The translations under genes and the position numbers were made by a program. Positions 57,363-64,000 of a DNA stretch of 64,000 nucleotides are shown here, one piece after another (within the stretch, counting starts at the first letter, position 1; the number at the start of each line of letters is the position of its first letter). This DNA comes from Meiothermus sp. (GTDB lineage: Bacteria; Deinococcota; Deinococci; Deinococcales; Thermaceae): positions 1-64,000 of the forward strand of contig JANRLD010000026.1 in NCBI GenBank assembly GCA_033762915.1, written 5' to 3'. The notes beneath the pieces were generated by a model. It was not told the DNA's origin, ran no database searches, and was given only the letters and a program-made list of their open reading frames with translations.

Positions 57363-59006
57363 ATGACGTCGGTCAACCCCAGGGGCGCCTGGGCCCTGCT
57401 CGTACTGGCGCTTGCGGGGCTTAACTGGGGCCTGTATGCCGGGCTGGGCCCGCAGGTTTCGGCCCCCACCTCCCTGCCGTACTGGGGCAAGGTGGGGGCC
57501 GAACCCCCCAGCAGTTGGCGGGCCCTGGGCTCTGAGGAGGGCGCTACCCTGTGGTTGACCGACCTGAGCGGCCCCCCGCGGCCCTACCGCCTCCTGCTGA
57601 GTGCGGCCTCCGGAGGGCCTGTGGAGCTGATCTTTCAGGCCCAGGCGACCGAGCCGCTTTCCCGGGCCCACTACGTGCGCCTCGAGCGGCGGGAGGGGAG
57701 GCTGCGGGTCTCGAGCGGCTACTACGACGTGCGCGGGCAGTCCCGGTCCCTCGCCGAGCGGTCGGTTCAGACGGGCCAGAGCGCCGCCTACCCGACCCTC
57801 GAGGTCGATGTCCAACCCCGCACCTATCGGCTGAGCCTGGACGGCAGGGGGCTGTTCCAACTGCCGCTGCGCTACGTGGGCGGGCGGGTGCTGCTGCGGC
57901 TGCCGGCCGGGGCCGACGGCCTGGAGCTACGGGCCCTGGCCCCGGCCGCTCCGGTACCCCTGGCGCCCCAGGCCGCCCCTGAGCCCACGGCCACCCTGCT
58001 ATACCGCGCCGACTTCAGCCGCCCCGACCCCGGCTGGCGCCTGCTCGAGGGGGCTTGGCGCTGGGGTCAGGGCTACCTCGAGCAGAGTAGCCCTGAGGGC
58101 TTTGACCTCGCGGCCCTTCCTCCCGCCCCTGCCTTCTCGGAGTTCCGCCTGCGGGTCCGACTGCAGCACCTCGAGGGTGCCGGTGGCGGGGTGGTGTTTA
58201 ACCTCCCTACCACCGAGGGGCTGCGCGGGGGGCACCTGGTGCGCTTTGCCGAGGACGGGCGCAGCCTCTTCTGGGGCTACTTCGACCGCGGGGGGGCTTT
58301 TGTCGGCCAGGGCTTTGCCCCGCTCAAGCCCTCCGGCCTCGACCCCCACCGGCTGGAGGTGCTCAGCCGGCGGGACACCTACGAGGTGCGTCTGGACGGT
58401 GCGACCCTGGCCCGCGGGGTGCCCCTCTACGGTAACCGGGGCTTTGTGGGCCTGACGGCCTCTCAGAGCCGCACCAGCTTCACCGAGCTGCGGGTTGAGC
58501 GCCTGGAGCCCGAGGCCGACCCCACGGGCCTCAGCTTCCTCGAGCCGGGGCTGGCCTTCGACTCCCAGGGGGGACGCTGGCAGCGGGTTGGGCTGGCCCT
58601 CTACCAACAGGACCCCACCCCGCAGGAAGCCCGCATGGCCAGCCGAAAGCCGCTCGAGCTGCGCCGCCTGCGGATGGAACTACGGCCGGGGGAGACTGCC
58701 GAGGCGGTGGGGGTTTACGGGGTGCCGGCCCCGTCGGACTGGCGGGGGGGCTGGGGGGTTCGCCTCAGCCAGGGCGGTCGGAAGCTGGTGTGGGGGCGTG
58801 TGGAAGAGGGGGGCCTCCTGGAGGGCGGTAGCCTGGAGGTTGGTGGAGGGCTCGAGCCGCTGGGCCTGGCGTGGGAGGGCGGGGACGTCCGGCTCTACTG
58901 GGGGCCCCGTCTGCTGGGGGAGTTGCCCAGCCCTCGGCCGGGCTATCTGGTCTTACAGACCCTGCACGGGCCCGCCGGGTTCGTGCCCTTGGAGGTCCGG
59001 CGGTGA
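57363..59006 (+). CDS. Membrane-anchored hypothetical protein with lectin/DUF1080-like beta-sandwich domains
   Basis: N-terminal TM; GGGVVF, H.LEV....Y.V.LDG and GFVGL......F strands; -10 TAATAT 6 nt upstream. Confidence 0.7.
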   Translation: MTSVNPRGAWALLVLALAGLNWGLYAGLGPQVSAPTSLPYWGKVGAEPPSSWRALGSEEGATLWLTDLSGPPRPYRLLLSAASGGPVELIFQAQATEPLSRAHYVRLERREGRLRVSSGYYDVRGQSRSLAERSVQTGQSAAYPTLEVDVQPRTYRLSLDGRGLFQLPLRYVGGRVLLRLPAGADGLELRALAPAAPVPLAPQAAPEPTATLLYRADFSRPDPGWRLLEGAWRWGQGYLEQSSPEGFDLAALPPAPAFSEFRLRVRLQHLEGAGGGVVFNLPTTEGLRGGHLVRFAEDGRSLFWGYFDRGGAFVGQGFAPLKPSGLDPHRLEVLSRRDTYEVRLDGATLARGVPLYGNRGFVGLTASQSRTSFTELRVERLEPEADPTGLSFLEPGLAFDSQGGRWQRVGLALYQQDPTPQEARMASRKPLELRRLRMELRPGETAEAVGVYGVPAPSDWRGGWGVRLSQGGRKLVWGRVEEGGLLEGGSLEVGGGLEPLGLAWEGGDVRLYWGPRLLGELPSPRPGYLVLQTLHGPAGFVPLEVRR

Positions 59007-60154
59007 GCCCCAACCCGCTCATCGTCGGCGTGCGCAGATTCTGGGCCGAGTGGGGGCCGGCCGCCGAGGTCTTCCTGCTGACCCGCCTGCCGCTGTTAGG
59101 CCTGGCTTTTCTGGCCGAAGTGGCCATCCCCGGCCGTGAGGGGCCGGGGTTCTACCACCTGGCCCCGGGCAACATCTGGCTGGACGTCTGGGCCCGCTGG
59201 GACAGCGGCTTTTACATCGAAATCGCCCGACAGGGCTACAGCTACTACCTGGGCGAGCCGGCCTCGGTGGCCTTCTTCCCGCTCTATCCGCTGCTGATCC
59301 AGCTGCTGGGCGCGGCGGTGGGCAGCCCGCTGCTGGCCGGGGTACTGCTCAGCAACCTCTGCTTCGCCCTGGCTCTGGGGGTGCTGTGGCGGCTGTGCGT
59401 GCTCGAGCTGGGCCGGGCCGCCGCCCGGCGCGCCCTGTTCTATCTGGCCGCCTTTCCCACCGCCTTCTTCTATAGCGCGGTGTACACCGAGAGCCTGTTC
59501 CTGCTGCTCTCGCTGCTGGTGTTCTACCACGCCCGCCGGGGCAACTGGGCCTGGGCTACCCTGTTCTGCGCCCTGGCCTCCTCGAGCCGCATCGTGGGCT
59601 TTTTGCTGGTGCTGGTGCTGGTGCTGGAGTACCTGCGGGTCTCGCCGGGCGTGCGCGGCTGGCCGGCCCTGCTGGGCATGGGGCTGCTGGGCGGTAGCGG
59701 CCTGTGGAGCTACATGATCTTCCTCTGGGCACGCTTCGGCGACCCGCTGGCCTTCTGGACCGTGCAGGTCAGCTTCAACCGCGAGAACCTGGGGCCCCTA
59801 GCCGCCATTTGGCGCGACCTGAGGCCGCTGCTAGAGCAGAACTGGCTAACCGGGCCGGTGGGCTGGAACGTGCCGCTGGACCTGCTGGCCGCGGGGGCCG
59901 GGTTCGCGCTCGGCGTGGTGGCCTGGCGGCGGCTGGGGGCCTCCTACGGGGTCTACTGCATCCTGAGCCTGCTGATCCCCCTCTGGAGCGGCACCGGCAG
60001 CCTCAGCCGCTACGTGGTAGTGCTGTTCCCGCTGTTCATGATCCTGGGCCTGTGGGGCCGGCGGTCGTCCCTCGACGCGGCCCTTCGCATCGTACTCCCG
60101 CTGATGATGGGCCTGCTGCTGGCCCTGTTCGTGAACTGGTACTTCGTGGCCTGA
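59003..60154 (+). CDS. GT-C membrane glycosyltransferase (PIG-V mannosyltransferase-like)
   Basis: WARWDSGFYIEIA..GY, AFFPLYP, YTESLFL and RY motifs; GTGA overlap with the upstream gene. Confidence 0.88.
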   Translation: MSPNPLIVGVRRFWAEWGPAAEVFLLTRLPLLGLAFLAEVAIPGREGPGFYHLAPGNIWLDVWARWDSGFYIEIARQGYSYYLGEPASVAFFPLYPLLIQLLGAAVGSPLLAGVLLSNLCFALALGVLWRLCVLELGRAAARRALFYLAAFPTAFFYSAVYTESLFLLLSLLVFYHARRGNWAWATLFCALASSSRIVGFLLVLVLVLEYLRVSPGVRGWPALLGMGLLGGSGLWSYMIFLWARFGDPLAFWTVQVSFNRENLGPLAAIWRDLRPLLEQNWLTGPVGWNVPLDLLAAGAGFALGVVAWRRLGASYGVYCILSLLIPLWSGTGSLSRYVVVLFPLFMILGLWGRRSSLDAALRIVLPLMMGLLLALFVNWYFVA

Positions 60155-60299
60155 TCGCGTTTCTGTGGGATTAGAGTAGAAGGAGGGCAGGATAGCTCGA
60201 TCGCGTTTAGCCTAAGTGGCCGAGTGGGAGTTGCTTCCCGCCCTAGCCAAACAGACTCGACTCCCCCAGTAGCTCGATAGAAGCGTGCGCTAAAGCGGA

Positions 60300-60400
60300 G
60301 ATTCTGTTGGCGAAGTCGGGGTGCAACTCGAGAAGTCGTGTCTTCATCGGTATCTCAATCCTCGCTTTATCACCCAGATTTGGAGTTCGCCAACAGAATC
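60300..60400. mobile_element. 101-bp MITE with perfect 15-bp TIRs and a 6-bp target duplication
   Basis: GATTCTGTTGGCGAA...TTCGCCAACAGAATC flanked by AGCGGA on both sides. Confidence 0.8.
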
Positions 60401-60401
60401 A

Positions 60402-60515
60402 GCGGAGTAGTGCACACGGTAGGGCAAAAACCGCCCTACCGTGTGTTCGTGGGAACCGCTCTACAGCAAAAACCGCCCGCTTTAGCACTGTAGGGAGTAG
60501 GCGCGGGAACCGATC
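60402..60515 (-). mobile_element. Truncated MITE family A type II with nested type III and the 12-nt module
   Basis: Same junction GCTG-TA-GAGCGGTT as at 10000. Confidence 0.75.
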
Positions 60516-60524
60516 TGAGTGCGT

Positions 60525-60625
60525 CTCGGCCAGCTCTGCGACTGATTCCAACCCATGCCCTGCAACAACCTTGGGGCTGAAATCTGTTCCCTGCCGTGTT
60601 GTCGGGGATGCGGTGTCGTGGCGAT
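60525..60625 (-). repeat. Dispersed repeat family C, second copy
   Basis: Colinear with 4841-4940. Confidence 0.7.
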
Positions 60626-60669
60626 CAATGGACGAACCGCTGTACGGGTTTGCACGGTTGCAGGGCGAG

Positions 60670-60759
60670 GTGCCGCCCCGAAACGCCCGGAGGAGTTGCG
60701 CCCGTGCGTGCATCGGGGGGCGTTTGCAGGGCGTTCGGCGGTTTCGCGAACCCCGGCAC
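60670..60759 (+). repeat. Dispersed repeat family B, second copy
   Basis: Colinear with 1623-1716; ends GTGCCG...CGGCAC. Confidence 0.7.
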
Positions 60760-62946
60760 TTATCTCCGCGCCAGCCGGCCGGCCCGCGCGTCCCGCTCCA
60801 GCGCCGCCAACGTTCGTTCGACCCTGGCGAACTCGGCCTCCAGAGGCGGGTAAAGCCCGGCCAGTGCCGCCGCCGACTGGCCGCGGGCCTCGCGCTCGAG
60901 GGTCTCGCACAGCCCGGCCAGGGCCTTGGCCCCCACGCTGTGGGCGGTGGACCTCAGCTTGTGGGCGGCCGCGAAGGCGGCAGCGCAGTCAGGGGCCGCG
61001 CAGGCCCTTCTGAGGTCGTTCAGGCAGGGCGGGGCGTACTCCTGGAAGACCGGGATCAGGCTCAGGAGCAGTTCCTGCGCGTCTTCGCCCCACAGCTCCT
61101 CGAGGGCTGCCACCAGCAGGGCGCCTTCGGCGGCTTCCCCTCCGACTCCGGGGGCCTGGGGGCGGGTGGCCTTGAGGGCTCGAGTCAGCTCGGTCACCGA
61201 GAGCGGCTTGCTGAGATAGTCGTCCATCCCCAGGGCCAAGTAGCGCTCGCGGTCGCCGGTGAGGGCGTGGGCGGTCAGGGCCACGACGCGGGGCTGGCGG
61301 TGGGGCGGGAGCTCACGCCGCAGGGCCTGGGTGGCCTCGACTCCGTCCATCTCGGGCATCTGGACGTCCATCAGGATCAGGTCGTAATCGCGGTGCCGGA
61401 GCGCCTGCAACACCTCCAGCCCGTTGGAGGCCAGGTCGGCCTGATACCCCATGTTGCCCAGCACGCTGAGCGTCACCTTCTGGTTGATGACCTGGTCCTC
61501 GGCCAGCAGGATGCGCAGGGGGTGTTGCTGGCCCAGGCCGGGGTCGGACCGTGCGGGGGCTGCTCTTACGGGGCGGGGGCGCTGGCCAAAGAGCTGCAGC
61601 AGCACCTCCTGCAGCCTCGAGACCTTGACCGGCTTGGTCAGGCAGGCCACGAACAGGTCCTCGGTGTCCAGGCTGTGACAGCCCAGCGAGGTCAGCATCA
61701 GCAGCGGCATGAGTCGGCTGTGGGGGCTTTCCCGCAGGCGCCGCCCCAGCTCGAGGCCGTCCATCTCGGGCATCTGCATGTCCAGCACCGCCAGGTCGAA
61801 GCGCTCGCCCGCCTCGATCAGGGCCAGGGCCAGTCGGGGCCCGTCCACGGTGCGGGCGACCATGCCCCAGTTCTCGAGCTGCAGCCGCAGGATACGGCCA
61901 TTGGTGGGGTTGTCGTCGACGATCAGCACCCGGCGCTCGCTCAGCCGCGAGAGGTCGGCGGTGGACTGGTCGGGCTGGGGCGCGGGGGTGGTCCTCAGGG
62001 TGAAGTAAAAGGTAGAACCCTGACCCGGCTGGCTGTGCAGACCGATCTGCCCGCCCATCAGCTCGACCAGGCGCTTGGAGATGGCCAGCCCCAGCCCGGT
62101 GCCGCCGTACTTGCGGGTGGTGGAAGCGTCGACCTGGCTGAAGGCGCTGAACAGCCGATGCTGGTCGGCGGGGGCGATGCCGATGCCAGTGTCCCGCACC
62201 GCGAAACGGAACTCGTAGCCCCCCGGCGGGTCGGACAGGGCCCGGGCCTCCACCCCCACCTCGACTTCGCCTGTGTGGGTGAACTTCACGGCGTTGGAGA
62301 GGAGGTTCATCAGAACCTGGCGCAGCCGGGCCATGTCCCCCACGATGTGGCTGGGCAGACCCTCCTGGGCTACCAGGGCCATCTCGAGGTGCTTGGTGGC
62401 GGCCTGTGCAAAGACCAGGTCCAGGGCCTCCTCGACGCAGGCCCGCCAGCTAAAGGGGTGGGCCTCCAGCTCTAGCTTCCCGGCCTCGATCTTGGAGAAG
62501 TCCAGGATGTCGTTAATCAGGCTGAGCAGGGCCTCCCCGCTGTGGCGCGCGGTCTGGGCGAAATCGGCCTGCTGGGGGGTCAGGCTGGTCTCCAGCAGGA
62601 GCCCGGTCATCCCGATGACCGCGTTGAGCGGGGTGCGGATTTCGTGGCTCATGTTAGCCAGGAACTCCGACTTCAGCCGCGACACCTCCAGGGCCTTGTC
62701 GCGGGCCCCGGCCAGCTCGCGCAGGGTCTGCTGGTGCCGGACGATCTCGGCCTGGAGTTCGGTGTTGAGCGACTGCAGCTCGGCGGTGCGCAGCGAGACC
62801 CTCGCCTCGAGCTCGTCGCGGGAGGCCTGGAGCTGCCGGTTGGCCAGATAGAGCTCGCGGCTCTTCTCCTCCAGGAGCGCTTCGGCGTTTTTGCGGGCTT
62901 GCTTCTCACGCTCGAGGCGGCGCTGCCAGACTTCCAGGTCTTCCAT
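60760..62946 (-). CDS. Soluble hybrid histidine kinase (coiled coil, HisKA, HATPase, two REC domains, Hpt)
   Basis: MSHEIRTPL, NAVKFT, GGTGLGL, LDMQMP, MDVQMP and AHKLRS motifs. Confidence 0.94.
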   Translation of the reverse strand: MEDLEVWQRRLEREKQARKNAEALLEEKSRELYLANRQLQASRDELEARVSLRTAELQSLNTELQAEIVRHQQTLRELAGARDKALEVSRLKSEFLANMSHEIRTPLNAVIGMTGLLLETSLTPQQADFAQTARHSGEALLSLINDILDFSKIEAGKLELEAHPFSWRACVEEALDLVFAQAATKHLEMALVAQEGLPSHIVGDMARLRQVLMNLLSNAVKFTHTGEVEVGVEARALSDPPGGYEFRFAVRDTGIGIAPADQHRLFSAFSQVDASTTRKYGGTGLGLAISKRLVELMGGQIGLHSQPGQGSTFYFTLRTTPAPQPDQSTADLSRLSERRVLIVDDNPTNGRILRLQLENWGMVARTVDGPRLALALIEAGERFDLAVLDMQMPEMDGLELGRRLRESPHSRLMPLLMLTSLGCHSLDTEDLFVACLTKPVKVSRLQEVLLQLFGQRPRPVRAAPARSDPGLGQQHPLRILLAEDQVINQKVTLSVLGNMGYQADLASNGLEVLQALRHRDYDLILMDVQMPEMDGVEATQALRRELPPHRQPRVVALTAHALTGDRERYLALGMDDYLSKPLSVTELTRALKATRPQAPGVGGEAAEGALLVAALEELWGEDAQELLLSLIPVFQEYAPPCLNDLRRACAAPDCAAAFAAAHKLRSTAHSVGAKALAGLCETLEREARGQSAAALAGLYPPLEAEFARVERTLAALERDARAGRLARR

Positions 62947-62975
62947 GGGTTTCCTCGGGGCGGCGGGCAGGGCGG

Positions 62976-63518
62976 CTAGGCCGCCTTGGTCAGCACAAAG
63001 CGGGTGTGGGTGCCGGCCTCGTCGAGGTTCTCGCGCAGGATCTCGATGGACTCGCCGAAGTGCTCGACCGAGGACTCGATGAGGCCGTGGGCCAGGTCGG
63101 CGAAGGGGCGGGTTGAGCGGTAGGTGAGCACGAAACGGTCGGGCCCGGGGCGGCTGCTCTCGAAGCGCGGCAGCTCGGCGTCGGGGTAGAGCTTGTGCAC
63201 CTCGACGTGGATGTGGCCGTCGATGCTCTCGAGGAAGTCGAAGGTGTTGCCCACCCGTGAGAAGAAGGCGGCGTGGTGGCTGGTGAAATGCTTGAAGATG
63301 TAGCGCCCATAGGCCCGGATCAGCTCGGGGACGGCGATGCCCGAGGCGCCGTGCAGGTTGGCCACCAGCTGCACCAGCTCGCCGTGGTCGTAGGTGCCCA
63401 CCGCGGTGTAGCTGCCCCCCGAAGCCAGCCGGGCCTCGCCGAGAATGCGGTCCACGGTCTGGTAGCCGAACTGGCTCTCCACCATCTCCAAGAATTCCGT
63501 AAAGATTACGCCCTTCAT
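62976..63518 (-). CDS. H-NOX (heme NO-binding) protein
   Basis: MKG..F N-terminus, IH...KLYP...P, YRSTR (YxSxR) and GLI motifs; -10 TATAGT 6 nt upstream. Confidence 0.92.
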   Translation of the reverse strand: MKGVIFTEFLEMVESQFGYQTVDRILGEARLASGGSYTAVGTYDHGELVQLVANLHGASGIAVPELIRAYGRYIFKHFTSHHAAFFSRVGNTFDFLESIDGHIHVEVHKLYPDAELPRFESSRPGPDRFVLTYRSTRPFADLAHGLIESSVEHFGESIEILRENLDEAGTHTRFVLTKAA

Positions 63519-63684
63519 CCCTAAACTATAGTGATCTCAGCAGCCCCCCGATGTGAAAAATGGCCGGCCGTTTTGTGGCCTGAACCCCAGCCCGCGCTGA
63601 GGTTCGCCAGTTAAGGAAACGCGTTTCGTCAATTCGTGTGACCTATTCACCCGTACGCCCCCCTGCCGGGCATACGATCATCGT

Positions 63685-64000
63685 ATGCTCAAGGTCTTGG
63701 TGATCGACGACGAGTCGGTGGTACGCAAGCTACTGCGGACGGTGCTGGAGCGCGGGGGGTACCAGGTCTTGGAGGCGGTCAACGGCCTGCAGGCGCTCGA
63801 CCTGCTGCCTAAGGCCGATCTGGTGGTGCTGGACTGGAACATGCCCGAGATGGACGGCATCGAGCTGTTGGAGCACATTCGCCAGACCCAGTGCGATCTG
63901 CCCACCCTGATGCTCACCGCGCACGACCGGGAGAGCGAGCGGGTGCGGGGGCTGCGCTCGGGGGCCGACGACTACATGGGCAAGCCCCTGCGCAACGAGG
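63685..64000 (+). CDS. Response regulator (receiver domain; truncated by the window end)
   Basis: Manual translation MLKVLVIDDE...LDWNMPEMDG...MLTA...GADDYMGKP. Confidence 0.9.
   Translation, partial: MLKVLVIDDESVVRKLLRTVLERGGYQVLEAVNGLQALDLLPKADLVVLDWNMPEMDGIELLEHIRQTQCDLPTLMLTAHDRESERVRGLRSGADDYMGKPLRNE

Noticed and set aside
60307..62475. 722-aa plus-strand ORF
   Set aside because: Starts in repeat DNA and shadows the hybrid kinase.

Overview
GC-rich bacterial chromosomal window, very probably from a Meiothermus/Calidithermus-like member of Deinococcota. That placement is inferred from a Thermus-type EF-G-2, an ATA-start infC, many leaderless genes and a strong excess of CTCGAG. It holds about 45 CDS: housekeeping genes (trmB, proB, rpiA, bshB1, infC, EF-G-2, rlmB, ugd, uxs), transporters, several two-component genes (OmpR/HK pair, CheB-CheR-PAS-HK, H-NOX plus hybrid kinase) and large surface lipoproteins. 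I found no tRNA, rRNA, CRISPR array or transposase. The standout is a single 1121-aa ORF (6527-9892, minus) fusing an intact exonuclease III/AP endonuclease to a complete 5'-nuclease plus family A DNA polymerase. It carries a natural Tyr at the Taq F667 position, and its leaderless promoter is overlapped by a 17-bp Deinococcus RDRM-like (DdrO) operator. This makes it a candidate damage-inducible, one-polypeptide base-excision-repair enzyme. The intergenic DNA is also structured. It contains about 11 copies of a 91-92 bp TA-flanked MITE family with nesting and a 12-nt module present in 0, 1 or 2 copies, three or four further dispersed repeat types, an orphan cluster of three perfect DnaA boxes, and an identical 20-bp OmpR-type box at two promoters, one of which drives a candidate sRNA. 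All calls come from reading motifs by eye; no database searches were run.
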